Part shown: positions 18,298 through 27,932 of the stretch, piece after piece | Numbering within the stretch: the first letter of the stretch is position 1 | Layout of the letters: every line of letters starts with the position of its first letter | IMG/VR virus record: IMGVR_UViG_3300036770_007547 | Coordinates: 62,001 to 126,000 of that record | DNA: 64,000 bases | Strand: one strand, 5' to 3' | Program-made: the position numbers and the translations under genes | The notes under the pieces: generated by a model | The model's database searches: none | What the model saw: the letters and a program-made list of their open reading frames with translations, nothing else | What the model was told of the DNA's origin: nothing

Positions 18298-19557
18298 TCA
18301 TGTGCTAGACACAGTGTTTGATCGCGGTATCAAAAAGAAAGTGGACACAAATGCTATGATGCTCAACACCGTGAACACCCAGCCCAACACCGTGATGTCA
18401 TTGTTGTAGCTGGACAATATTTCGGTGTTCATGAGTGGCACCAGCCCTCCGCCCACCATGCCGCCCAGATTCATGCTGACACCGCTGGCAAACTGGCGTA
18501 TGCGAGTGGGATAGATTTCTGTGAGCAGAGCCGAAGCCGGTGCCCAGGACCCACCACCGATCAGTATGGCTCCCAGCAAAAATGGGCCCAGTACCCAGCC
18601 CTCGGCTACCCAACCAAAGATTGGTACACTGAGGAAAATCCCGGCCAGGGTCACGATCTGATACACACGTAGACTGCCCAAGGGGCTGGGACCCAAGCGA
18701 TCGGCCAACCAACCAGCAAACAGCACAAACGCCAGATACACGAAAGTTAGATAAAACCATGTGTCCATGATGGCAGCACGGCTGGCGCCCAGATGTTGTA
18801 CCATCCAGGCCACAGAAAAGAAGATGATGCCGTGATAAAACGCTGCGCCCAATTGATAGACACCAATGGCCACCAGCACTCGTTTCCAATGCTGTGCCAA
18901 CAGTTCGCGCATGCCCGGACCTTCTTCTTTCTGTGCCTGCTGGAAAGCCGGAGTTTCCAGCACCTTGAGCCTAGCATACACACCTATGGCCAAGAGAACC
19001 ACGCTGAAAAGGAACGGGATACGCCATCCACCATCCAGCAAAAAGTTGTCACCGAAACTGGTGAGTGCGGCAAACACCGCGGTGCCCATGATAGTGGCCA
19101 AGGGCAGCCCCGAGGCCAACAATCCGCTGAACAGCCCGCGCCGTTGGCTGTCGAGATTGTATTCGATCATGATGGTGCTGGTGGCAGCCCATTCGCCGCC
19201 CAGTGCCATGGTCTGTATGATCCGCAACACAAACAATCCAACCGCAGCCCACACACCGATCTGTTCAAACGTGGGCATCAGTCCCACCAATGTAGTGGTG
19301 ATACCGGTCATGATCAAGGTCAGCACCAGAGTGGGTTTTCTACCCAGTCGATCACCTAGGTAGCCAAACACTGCGCTGCCCACGGGCCTCGCAAAAAATC
19401 CCACCCCATACACCAATGCAGCGATCCAAAATCCCAGGTCAGGGAAAAATAGATTTTTGAACACCAATGCAGTGGCGATACCAAATATAACAAAATCATA
19501 CCATACTATGGTTGCGCCCAAGACGCAACTCAGCATGGCGTGTTTCCTAACATCCAT
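18298..19557 (-). CDS. MFS transporter, metabolite:H+ symporter (MHS, ShiA/ProP-like) family
   Basis: WYDF..FG, FFARPVG..VFGYLGDRLGRK, LRIIQ..ALGGEW, WRIPFL, EIYPTRIR. Confidence 0.92.
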   Translation of the reverse strand: MDVRKHAMLSCVLGATIVWYDFVIFGIATALVFKNLFFPDLGFWIAALVYGVGFFARPVGSAVFGYLGDRLGRKPTLVLTLIMTGITTTLVGLMPTFEQIGVWAAVGLFVLRIIQTMALGGEWAATSTIMIEYNLDSQRRGLFSGLLASGLPLATIMGTAVFAALTSFGDNFLLDGGWRIPFLFSVVLLAIGVYARLKVLETPAFQQAQKEEGPGMRELLAQHWKRVLVAIGVYQLGAAFYHGIIFFSVAWMVQHLGASRAAIMDTWFYLTFVYLAFVLFAGWLADRLGPSPLGSLRVYQIVTLAGIFLSVPIFGWVAEGWVLGPFLLGAILIGGGSWAPASALLTEIYPTRIRQFASGVSMNLGGMVGGGLVPLMNTEILSSYNNDITVLGWVFTVLSIIAFVSTFFLIPRSNTVSST

Positions 19558-19566
19558 GAGCTTCTC

Positions 19567-20163
19567 CTAGATTTGTGTTGCTCCGGGCACTGCCCGATTT
19601 CCATAATAAGTGCCGGGACTGACCACATCTTTGTGAACCAGGCTGCCCATCATGAATTTGACATCATCGGTCACGTTCACGTAACTCGATATCGTGGACG
19701 AATAGCCCACGAATACATTATGGCCGATGCTGCTGCGGCCTCCCACGGTGACATTGGGACTGAAATACACGTTCCTACCAGTGTGTGTCTCATGCGTGAT
19801 GCTGGAATGCGTGCTGATCACATTGAACTCGCCCAAACGCACACGGAAACACACATAGACTTGACCATAGATCCAAGTACCGCGCTGTAAATTTTCCGGC
19901 TCTTCCACCCAGGCTGCTGGATGGACATAAATGGGCCAGTTCACCCGATCGATGTCATTGGATTCCAAGAACCGTTTTCGTCGATCAATGTTTCCGAACG
20001 CCAACACACAACTTCCGCCCTGGGGCACACGATGCAGTTCGTCATATTCGATGTGATGTACTGCGGTGACTGTGGATTCACGCTCTAATAGGAAACTGTA
20101 TTCTTGTGCCAGTATTCCCGAGCCTACCACCCAAAACTCGCCCAATTCATGTTGATACAACAT
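19567..20163 (-). CDS. PglD/NeuD-like hexapeptide-repeat acyltransferase
   Basis: N-terminal VVGSGILA, YVHPAAWV, ITHET, IGHNVFVG, PGTYYGN. Confidence 0.82.
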   Translation of the reverse strand: MLYQHELGEFWVVGSGILAQEYSFLLERESTVTAVHHIEYDELHRVPQGGSCVLAFGNIDRRKRFLESNDIDRVNWPIYVHPAAWVEEPENLQRGTWIYGQVYVCFRVRLGEFNVISTHSSITHETHTGRNVYFSPNVTVGGRSSIGHNVFVGYSSTISSYVNVTDDVKFMMGSLVHKDVVSPGTYYGNRAVPGATQI

Positions 20164-21568
20164 ATTTTTTCAAAACATCAAAAGATCTAGATTTTTTGTT
20201 GGTATCGGTGATTGGGATGTCGACCACCGAGTATATAGAATCAATGCCGCTGACTTGACTTATGTTGGATACATCGCCTAGAACAAAGGCTGCTAGACCT
20301 TGGTCCACTCGTATCACCACGCTGTCGGTGACTCCGGGCTGCTGATTGATGCGATTTTCCAACTCCAGGCAACTGATCCATCGTCCCTGGTGTTCCATCA
20401 ACTGCTCGCGGCGGCCAGCATAGTAATAATATCCATCGCTGTCCATCCACATGTAGTCACCGGTACGGTATCCCCCATCAACGAAACTGCGTTGTGTGCG
20501 CACAGCATCTCCGACATAGCCCACAGCGATGTTGCTGTGATACACCACTAGCTCACCAATCTCATCAACATCGCAGACACTGCCATCGTCGCGTGTCAAC
20601 AAGCACTTCGCCCCGGGTCCCATGCGTCCCAGACTGCCGCGGCGAAAATCGCCGGGACTGTTGCTGAGCACTGCCCAGGTGCGTATCTCTCCGGCGCCAT
20701 AAGTGTTCAAAACGTCCCGGCCAAATTTTTCCCGGAACGCCGATTCAGTCATGGGCAACAGGGCTTCGCCGGTGCTGTACACTGCCTGTAGCCCGGGATG
20801 GAAATCTCCGATCTTGTGTCTCACCAAGAAGTCAATGATCTTTGGGCTCACCATGGCATTGGTCACGCCCTGTTCATCGATGATGTCGTGTATGCGACGG
20901 AAATCTCTGGGAGTGTCAAGCACTATCAAAGTGTATCCCAGACTAAGGTGTCCCAGTATCGAAATGATCATACCAAACGAACTGGCCAGTTTGACTGATG
21001 TCATGACTCGGCTGGTGTGATCCAGAGCCAATGGATTGGGCTTGGAAAATGTTTGTTCAAGTCCGTGATGTCGATGCGCTATCAACTTGGGATCCGAAGT
21101 GGTGCCCGAACTGGTGATCACTGCCCAAACATCCTGTTCGGTGTAATCGTAGACCAGGTCAATGTCAAGTTCCGTTTGGTCATTGATGTCGTCCATGAGC
21201 ACTGTTGGTAGTCCCGGCGGTATCTCTAGATCATCGAGCATGTTTTTCTGGGTGATTATCCAGCGGCTGGCAGCACGCTGGCTGATGCTGACCACATAGT
21301 CGCGTCCAGCATTGGGCATGACCACCACTGGCACAGCACCGATCACTGTCAGGGCATGGAAAACCTCCAACCATTTGACACCGTCATCAGCGATGAATGT
21401 CACAGCATCGCGGCAGCGTATGCCACGATTCCAGAGATAGTGCGCTGTGCTGAGACAGGACGATTTAAATTGCGCCCAATCACGGACTTGACCATCATAC
21501 ACGATGGCATCATGCTTGGGTCCGGCAGCCCAACGAGTCAGACTGTTGTAGACGATGTTGTTTTTCAT
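20147..21568 (-). CDS. AMP-binding acyl-CoA synthetase, benzoate-CoA ligase-like
   Basis: TSSGTTSDPK, STGEAL...FG.DVLNTYGAGE...LSN.PG..R.GSLG, YRTGD, YAGR, terminal T.TNKK. Confidence 0.85.
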   Translation of the reverse strand: MKNNIVYNSLTRWAAGPKHDAIVYDGQVRDWAQFKSSCLSTAHYLWNRGIRCRDAVTFIADDGVKWLEVFHALTVIGAVPVVVMPNAGRDYVVSISQRAASRWIITQKNMLDDLEIPPGLPTVLMDDINDQTELDIDLVYDYTEQDVWAVITSSGTTSDPKLIAHRHHGLEQTFSKPNPLALDHTSRVMTSVKLASSFGMIISILGHLSLGYTLIVLDTPRDFRRIHDIIDEQGVTNAMVSPKIIDFLVRHKIGDFHPGLQAVYSTGEALLPMTESAFREKFGRDVLNTYGAGEIRTWAVLSNSPGDFRRGSLGRMGPGAKCLLTRDDGSVCDVDEIGELVVYHSNIAVGYVGDAVRTQRSFVDGGYRTGDYMWMDSDGYYYYAGRREQLMEHQGRWISCLELENRINQQPGVTDSVVIRVDQGLAAFVLGDVSNISQVSGIDSIYSVVDIPITDTNKKSRSFDVLKKYVVST

Positions 21569-21618
21569 GTGATTGTGTGGATACTTGAGATGTCTGAGCC
21601 GACATCTTGTTGGTGTCT

Positions 21619-21624
21619 TATTTA
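21619..21624 (-). promoter_or_regulatory. Late promoter core TAAATA upstream of the ligase-acyltransferase-MFS cassette
   Basis: tattta on the plus strand in the 21569-21644 intergenic gap; a 7-bp hairpin (agatgtc/gacatct) follows in the leader. Confidence 0.6.
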
Positions 21625-21644
21625 ATTGACACCGGGGGCAACAA

Positions 21645-23012
21645 CTATTTTTTTGCTAGTTCTAGGAGTCTTGCTAGATGCCGCTCGATGCTTTCGCTGC
21701 TCATGTTGGATGGTCGTGTCATCATGACACCGTCGGTGTCGAGATTTTCATCGGTGGGTTGCTGATTGTCGGGAATGTCAATGTCTATGCCTAGTTCGGA
21801 TAGCCGATCCTGGATCAACGGGCGTGCGTCTGCGTCTGCGTCTTTTTTTGCCAACTCACCGAGGCGATCAAACAACTCATCGTCGCCCAATATCCCGTCT
21901 AGGATGGAAGTGACATTGGATGCATCTGGGCCCACTGGCAAAGGTTGGGCCAGGAGTTCTTCCAATTGTTTCCGGGATTGTGGAGTGTCTGGTAACGCCC
22001 ATGTGCCTTCCAGCATGCGTTGGGTCCAAGAATCAAACTCGTTGACTTCTTCCATGTAGTCGCTGTCACTGACAGCCTGGCCAGACAGTGTGCCAGCCAC
22101 TCTCGCCAACACCGGCAATGCTTCTTCGATGCGATGATCGATGTTTCTCTCTACAAACATGTTGCGTATGTTTTCTACTTCGGGCTGGGTGGAATCGACT
22201 GCGGATGGATCAAATTTTTCTCGTTCTTCGCGATAACCTCTTTGGCCCAGCATTTTCCTGGTCTTGGTTTTCAAGGCCTGATAATGACGTATGGCTGCTT
22301 CACGCACTCGATTGGCTTTTTCATCGTAGTCGCGCTTGTCACTGGCACGCAAAAATCTAGACAGCACCGACAACTCGTTCACCATTTCATTGATGTGATT
22401 GCCGAACAGATCATAGGGGGTACCACCTTCGCTGACGTGTCGGGCCAACAGTTTACCATGGGTGAGATTGCGGCTGGGCACACGAAAACGCTCGCCTTCG
22501 GCTGTTTCAATGAACAAACTTTCGATGGCACGATATCTAGCTTCGCCCTCGCCGAGGTCACGAGAATGCTTGATCATGAGTCGTGTCTGCTTGGGCTGGT
22601 CGCTGTAGCTGATGTTTTTCTTCTTGCCATAATAACCTTCGAACAAACCTTCACGTATGGCGGCCATGCCCTTCATGGTATATTTCAAACGATTGAGATT
22701 GTTGACCCGGAAGTTCAAGAGATTGCGTGTAGAAAACTTTTTGATCTGTTCCAGGAACGCATACCATTGCTGTTTGTCATCGCCTTCCATGCTCTTGCCG
22801 AGATTGTCACCAAAATAAAGCTCGACACTGTTGTTGTTGTCAAACAAGATCACCACTGTGCCGTAGTTCTTGGCCGGAGTTTTCCAATCAAATGACAGCA
22901 ATTCAGCTTCACTGGGATCTTCCACGGGTTTGCCCGAGCTGTCTAGAGTCTCGATGTCTAGATCTCGTGTCACCAATAGATCAAAGAGTTCTTTTTGCGG
23001 CGTGTTTTCCAT
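21645..23012 (-). CDS. Hypothetical (probably head-associated) protein downstream of the terminase
   Basis: 455-aa ORF with its own TAAATA promoter; LFE/MLE sites and C-terminal RLLELAK motif shared with the internal-protein block. Confidence 0.7.
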   Translation of the reverse strand: MENTPQKELFDLLVTRDLDIETLDSSGKPVEDPSEAELLSFDWKTPAKNYGTVVILFDNNNSVELYFGDNLGKSMEGDDKQQWYAFLEQIKKFSTRNLLNFRVNNLNRLKYTMKGMAAIREGLFEGYYGKKKNISYSDQPKQTRLMIKHSRDLGEGEARYRAIESLFIETAEGERFRVPSRNLTHGKLLARHVSEGGTPYDLFGNHINEMVNELSVLSRFLRASDKRDYDEKANRVREAAIRHYQALKTKTRKMLGQRGYREEREKFDPSAVDSTQPEVENIRNMFVERNIDHRIEEALPVLARVAGTLSGQAVSDSDYMEEVNEFDSWTQRMLEGTWALPDTPQSRKQLEELLAQPLPVGPDASNVTSILDGILGDDELFDRLGELAKKDADADARPLIQDRLSELGIDIDIPDNQQPTDENLDTDGVMMTRPSNMSSESIERHLARLLELAKK

Positions 23013-23018
23013 ATGTGT

Positions 23019-23024
23019 TATTTA
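23019..23024 (-). promoter_or_regulatory. Late promoter core TAAATA, 6 nt before the ATG
   Basis: CATAAATA-ACACAT-ATG; no SD. Confidence 0.7.
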
Positions 23025-23026
23025 TG

Positions 23027-24592
23027 CTACATGACAACAACAAAGGGCAAGGGCTCGATGATGCTGTCCTGGTGATCACGCATTTGTGCGTCTAGGTCAG
23101 TGTGGTAACTCTGCAAAACCTGCAACATCCTTATCACGAGGATGGTAGACATGACCAAATCGTCGGTCTCGCCTGCTTTGGCTGCATAACCAGCGCCCGA
23201 TGCCACAAAGTTCTTGAGTTCGCTCACCAAATTCCGGCTGTGTATCTTCATGCGGCCGCTTTCCACGAGATTTTTTAGTTTGGCACATGCAGCGAGTTTG
23301 GGCTTGTTGGTGGTGTTGAATCCTTTGCGGAATCTACGGGAGCCGCCCGCACCGGGTTCGCTGAGGAAGTAGCCCGGAATATTTTCTTCTCCGTATTCAG
23401 CTATGGATATCAAGGCAGCTTCGCCGATGCTGTTGTTTTCTACCGAATAATAGATACCACTGGGATTCTGTACCACATCATTGATATGGACCATGATGTC
23501 TCGCAAGATCCTGATCTGCGTGGGTATGTCAGTGCGATTGTGGCGCCATTCGGCCACCTGCTCGGTGCTGTTGGCTTCATAGACTTGGATGGCTGCAGGA
23601 TCACCGCCAGTGCCCAGGCTGGGATCCAGTCCAATCACGTAGATACGATCTTTTTGCGGTTGCTTGTACCATCGCACTTCACCGGTTTTGTAAATCGGAT
23701 CATGCCCTTCGAGATCCACCAATTTGGCGGGTGCGATCAATGTTTCATCTGCGATGATGAATTCGCAGTCCATTTCGCGACGGAATCGATCCACGCCCAA
23801 TGCTGCCCGTTGTTGCTGTGCCCAAGTTTCATCGCGATCAGGGTGTTCGTTCCAAAAAGCCCGATAAGCACGGAATCCGTTCATGCCAACTTCGGTGGGA
23901 TTTCCGTATTCATCGATGCATCGGTTGGCACCTTTCCACAAGAGGGCGAACTGATCCTCGTCGCTGTTGGGTGTTGATGTGATGATGGCTTTACCGCCTG
24001 TGGCCAATGTGGGCGAGATCGAAGTCCAGAATTCCGTGGCTATGGTGGGTCGCACGAAGGCAAACTCGTCAGCGTAGAGCAGCGAGATACTCATGCCTCG
24101 GCCAGTGTTTTCAGTTGTGGTCTGGCTCACGATCCTGCTGCCGTTGTCAAACTCCAGGCTGCCTTTGTTGTAGCTGGTTACACCTGCACGGATATGATCT
24201 GGACAGTTTTCATAGGCATATCGCACACGTTGCATGATCTCTTGTGCGCCGAGATATTTGTGTGCTGCTACCAGGATGGTAGAGTCGGGTATGAACATAG
24301 CATACCACAAGAGATACCCGGCCGCAGATGTTGACTTACCAGTCTGCCTGGGCATCATGGATATGCTGAATCGATACTGGTGATAGGTGTCTATGAGCCG
24401 ACGTTGATATTCAAACGGATGGTACTGCATGCGTCCCCGGGTGGGATGCTGTATGTAAAAGAAGTTGTCCATGAAGTACATGGGCCCGGTATCGGGATCA
24501 GCACAGGCCGCGAACTCTCGTATCTGCTCGTCGGTGTAGATCGAGCTTTCGTGCGGATTTTTGATGAGGGCGACTTCGGTGTTCTTGGCCAT
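23027..24592 (-). CDS. terL: Terminase large subunit (T4 gp17-like)
   Basis: PRQTGKS Walker A, LLYADEFAFV Walker B, ITSTPN, GLDPSLGTGGD, DDLVMS. Confidence 0.96.
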   Translation of the reverse strand: MAKNTEVALIKNPHESSIYTDEQIREFAACADPDTGPMYFMDNFFYIQHPTRGRMQYHPFEYQRRLIDTYHQYRFSISMMPRQTGKSTSAAGYLLWYAMFIPDSTILVAAHKYLGAQEIMQRVRYAYENCPDHIRAGVTSYNKGSLEFDNGSRIVSQTTTENTGRGMSISLLYADEFAFVRPTIATEFWTSISPTLATGGKAIITSTPNSDEDQFALLWKGANRCIDEYGNPTEVGMNGFRAYRAFWNEHPDRDETWAQQQRAALGVDRFRREMDCEFIIADETLIAPAKLVDLEGHDPIYKTGEVRWYKQPQKDRIYVIGLDPSLGTGGDPAAIQVYEANSTEQVAEWRHNRTDIPTQIRILRDIMVHINDVVQNPSGIYYSVENNSIGEAALISIAEYGEENIPGYFLSEPGAGGSRRFRKGFNTTNKPKLAACAKLKNLVESGRMKIHSRNLVSELKNFVASGAGYAAKAGETDDLVMSTILVIRMLQVLQSYHTDLDAQMRDHQDSIIEPLPFVVVM

Positions 24593-25243
24593 TTACTTGA
24601 CGTCCACGGATCTCCGTCGAGTACACACAAACACAAAAAATTTTTCAGTCCAAGTTTCACTGTCATCCTGGAACTTGAGTGGCATTTGATAATCATACCA
24701 TTCCACGTCAAACCCGGTTCTTTGCAGCAGGCTCAACCACATGGTACGCCCAAACACGCTGTAATGATTCTGATTGTGTTCGTGTGGCCGTTCGTTGTCG
24801 GGCTGCGGGACCTCGATGTAGAGCTTGCCTCCGGGCCTCAGCACTCGATTGAACTCGAGCAAGGTGATGAAGGGGAACGGACTGTGCTCGATGCCGTGGC
24901 GACAAAACAAAAGATCCACGCTTTCGTCGGCTTCTTGCAGGAAGTTGAAATCGGTCATGCGCACTGGCAACTGCTGGGACTGGCAGGTTTCAAAGTCATC
25001 AGGGCTGAGAGTGATTCCCGTGAGATTGGTATACCCTCGCTGTCTCATGTCTTCGAGAAAGTAACCGGGACCACAGCCTAGATCTAGTATTTTGGCATCG
25101 GCTTTGAGTTTCATGGGCTCCACAAATTTGGAAATCACATCTTTGGTGATATGACGATGCGCTGGACTGATGCCTTCGCTGTAAACTTGGGTGAGCACAT
25201 GCTCGTAATAAAATCTCAGTTTGACTAAGTCTAATTGGTTCAT
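24593..25243 (-). CDS. Class I SAM-dependent methyltransferase
   Basis: ILDLGCGPG, DLLFCRHGIEHS, RVLRPGGKLYIEVP; resembles 8181..8945. Confidence 0.88.
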   Translation of the reverse strand: MNQLDLVKLRFYYEHVLTQVYSEGISPAHRHITKDVISKFVEPMKLKADAKILDLGCGPGYFLEDMRQRGYTNLTGITLSPDDFETCQSQQLPVRMTDFNFLQEADESVDLLFCRHGIEHSPFPFITLLEFNRVLRPGGKLYIEVPQPDNERPHEHNQNHYSVFGRTMWLSLLQRTGFDVEWYDYQMPLKFQDDSETWTEKFFVFVCTRRRSVDVK

Positions 25244-25269
25244 TTGGTTCCGCCGTAAAAGTAGTGCGA

Positions 25270-25482
25270 TTATTTAACGGGCCGCTCACCGGTGAGGTAA
25301 GGAAGACTGAACCACAATTGGAACCATTCGGGAGTTCCGGGTTGGATGTTTTGATCTCGCATGATACGAGCTTTTTCAGTGCCGGTGTAGCTGATGTTGC
25401 TACCAGCAGTGGGTCGAGACGGAGGTTGGGAGTAGACCCCTTGGCCTACTCCGCTGAGACGTCGCAGCTCATCCAGTGTCAT
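25270..25482 (-). CDS. Small hypothetical protein
   Basis: MTLDELRRLSG...IQPGTPEWFQLWFSLPYLTGE; ATGA overlap with the nuclease stop. Confidence 0.7.
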   Translation of the reverse strand: MTLDELRRLSGVGQGVYSQPPSRPTAGSNISYTGTEKARIMRDQNIQPGTPEWFQLWFSLPYLTGERPVK

Positions 25483-25904
25483 TGGCACCAGCTGGATTTT
25501 TTCTCGCCGTGGTAAGGGCGCGCCAGGCCGTTGGCTATGAGACCTTGCGTGAGATCCTGTCCGCCCACGCGAACTGCGCCCAGGATACGACCACCATATT
25601 TGTCCCAACCGACGATGTCTATCTCTACCGGCTGACCTGAAGCGATGAGGCTCTTGGTATAAGCCGACGCACGTTCAGCCAAGGCAGCCTCTTGTGGGCA
25701 TTGGGCACGATGTCCTTTTTCCGGCGTATCTACGCCCAAGACTCGTATAGAAAGTTTTTGTTTGAGTTCGGGTGGAAGGAAGCGTGCTTCGATTTCGATG
25801 GTATCACCATCGATCACTCTCAACACTTTGACCGGATAAGGATTGGCCGTCGCCGAGGACATCATTGAAACCGAGATCATTGCTGCTAGAAAAAATTTTT
25901 TCAT
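25479..25904 (-). CDS. Thermonuclease (SNase-like) with an N-terminal signal peptide
   Basis: RVIDGDTI, IRVLGVDTPE, DKYGGRIL, LIANGLA; MKKFFLAAM...ATA signal. Confidence 0.9.
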   Translation of the reverse strand: MKKFFLAAMISVSMMSSATANPYPVKVLRVIDGDTIEIEARFLPPELKQKLSIRVLGVDTPEKGHRAQCPQEAALAERASAYTKSLIASGQPVEIDIVGWDKYGGRILGAVRVGGQDLTQGLIANGLARPYHGEKKSSWCQ

Positions 25905-25919
25905 CGTGATTCCTTTCTG

Positions 25920-27599
25920 TTATTCGATGATTTGGCCATTGACCACGCTGCGCCAGTTGGTACCGTCTGAATAGGCCGGTACTGCTCCGCCGCTGGCATC
26001 GGTGACAAACACCATCTGGCCAGCTGGTGTTACGCCCGGAAGTGTGTTGATCCTGAATGCTGGCAACACAAATTTACTGGGTACTATCACACCTGATAAT
26101 ACCACTCCTCCAAGATTGAGTTGTGTGGCTACTACTTCTAATACTTCGCCTAGATTTTCTATGTTGTTGGCCAACTGTACTACCTCACCAAAATCGCTGC
26201 CGTCGGTCCAGGGATAGTTGTTGGGTTGTGCCAGAGAAAATGTCAATGTGCTGTCGGTGGCAGTGATCTGCATGCCTACGTTTTGATTGGCTGGCCCCAC
26301 TGCTGCAAAGGTCACGGTACTGAGTGGTGCATTGGCGATCACCGAATTGCCGTTGGCCACTGTGATGTTGCCAAAGGAATTTGAGCCCGATATACCAGTG
26401 AGTTGGCTTCCGTTGCCAACAAAAACATTGGCAGTGATAGTGCCCGAAGCAGTGATGTCTGCTGCTTCAACATTGCCGGCCACCACGATGGTATCGCTGT
26501 CAATGGTGGTAGTTGTACCACGCACAGTGAGATTGCCTTCGATGATCACAGTACCGGTGCTGCCGTCAGCAGCGGGATCTATGGTTATGATCGAATTGGC
26601 GCTGGTGATGCGATCACCTTCTATCACCACATTGCCCACGGTTATGACACCGGTGTTGGCAGTGAGGTTTCCGGTCACAATCACATTGGCGAATTCGCTG
26701 TCCTGGGTGGTGGCAGCATTGGCCACAGCATTGGCATTGGCCACTCCGTTTGAAGTGGCTATGGGTATGAATTTGCCGGCTGGGTTGATGAGCACTGCTG
26801 TGGGACTGGGATTGTCGTTGGTTACCGGAGGTATCAATAAAATGCCGGCCGTGGCATCGGTCTTGATCACAGCTCCACCAAGATCTATGGTGTTGCCGGC
26901 CAGGTAAATGCTGTTCCAACGCAGATCAGCAGATCCGAGATTGTAGGTGACATTGGCTGTGGGCACGATGTTGCCGCCCACGGTCATGTTGGCACCATCA
27001 AAGGTGAGATTGCTACTGCCCGATAATTCACCATCGTTGTTGATTTGTATGGCGTTGGATTCGCCACCTGCTACGATGCTAGAAACAGTGACCGTGACGT
27101 CTGTGCCCGATGCTGTGGCTGTCACAGCGTTGCCCACAAAGTTAAAACTGCTCACCGAAGAAGTGAGTTCTACGTTTGAGTTGCTGACAGAGATGTTGGC
27201 CGAGCCTGAGGTCTGAGCTACCCATGACAGATTGCCGGTGCCATCGGTTTTCAGCACATAGTTGGCCGATCCGCCTTGTATTGTGACATTGGATACATCG
27301 CCGAGATTGATGGAACTGGTTACCGTGATGTTGTTGGCAGTTAGGGTGGTGTTGTTTGTATCATACACCAAGTCCGGGCTACCACCAAAGATGCCGGCAT
27401 CGTTGTACTGTATCTGTGTGTTTGACCCACCTGGCGAACTATTGCTGCTGCCACCGGTCACCACTGCTCCACCCGGTGTACCATCGTAGACACGAATGGT
27501 ATTGGTTATGGGGTCGTACCAGAGACGGCCATCTTGACCAATATAGTCAACACTGACTACTTTGTTGTTGCGACTGGTGCGGAATTCTTGGATGGCCAT
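25920..27599 (-). CDS. Virion fibre-like protein with an Mtd_N-like N-terminus
   Basis: YIGQDGRLWYDP.TN.IRVYDG.PGG; PGGSNTQIQYND; YNLGS..LRW..IYL; GNGSQLTG. Confidence 0.65.
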   Translation of the reverse strand: MAIQEFRTSRNNKVVSVDYIGQDGRLWYDPITNTIRVYDGTPGGAVVTGGSSNSSPGGSNTQIQYNDAGIFGGSPDLVYDTNNTTLTANNITVTSSINLGDVSNVTIQGGSANYVLKTDGTGNLSWVAQTSGSANISVSNSNVELTSSVSSFNFVGNAVTATASGTDVTVTVSSIVAGGESNAIQINNDGELSGSSNLTFDGANMTVGGNIVPTANVTYNLGSADLRWNSIYLAGNTIDLGGAVIKTDATAGILLIPPVTNDNPSPTAVLINPAGKFIPIATSNGVANANAVANAATTQDSEFANVIVTGNLTANTGVITVGNVVIEGDRITSANSIITIDPAADGSTGTVIIEGNLTVRGTTTTIDSDTIVVAGNVEAADITASGTITANVFVGNGSQLTGISGSNSFGNITVANGNSVIANAPLSTVTFAAVGPANQNVGMQITATDSTLTFSLAQPNNYPWTDGSDFGEVVQLANNIENLGEVLEVVATQLNLGGVVLSGVIVPSKFVLPAFRINTLPGVTPAGQMVFVTDASGGAVPAYSDGTNWRSVVNGQIIE

Positions 27600-27605
27600 T
27601 GGGGT

Positions 27606-27923
27606 TTAACCCCCTGCTGGCTGTGTGGGCGGAGTAAAGATGGCAGCGAGTTTGCGTAATCGATCAATCTCTTGATCAGATGCTAGTTCTTGGGTTTGTT
27701 CGGGAGTGGGTTCTTCGGTGACATCATCTGTGGTGGGACCCACAGCATCGCGCATGATATCCAGCTGTTGTTGCAAGGGCGTGCTCCAGTTGGCTCGGCC
27801 ATCTTCACCATAGCTGATGCCAGGATTTACAACAGCGGGTTTTTCTTCGGTGGGAGACATCACGATCACATTCATGTTCTGTATGTTTACTGAACCAGAT
27901 CCTAGTATATCTTTGATGTTCAT
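27606..27923 (-). CDS. Small hypothetical virion protein (paralog of 29717..30058)
   Basis: MNIKDIL..., PLQQQLDIMRDAVG, RLRKLA; TAAGTA 6 nt before the ATG. Confidence 0.65.
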   Translation of the reverse strand: MNIKDILGSGSVNIQNMNVIVMSPTEEKPAVVNPGISYGEDGRANWSTPLQQQLDIMRDAVGPTTDDVTEEPTPEQTQELASDQEIDRLRKLAAIFTPPTQPAGG

Positions 27924-27932
27924 TTATTATAC

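Noticed and set aside
14181-21568. Bacterial contamination or chimeric assembly of the transporter/ligase genes
   Set aside because: They are interleaved with phage gene 32, share strand and tight overlaps with phage genes, and follow a phage late promoter core. Read mapping would still be needed for formal exclusion.
23027-24592. Intein or intron in terL (also checked uvsX)
   Set aside because: Lengths are ordinary and the conserved motifs are contiguous.
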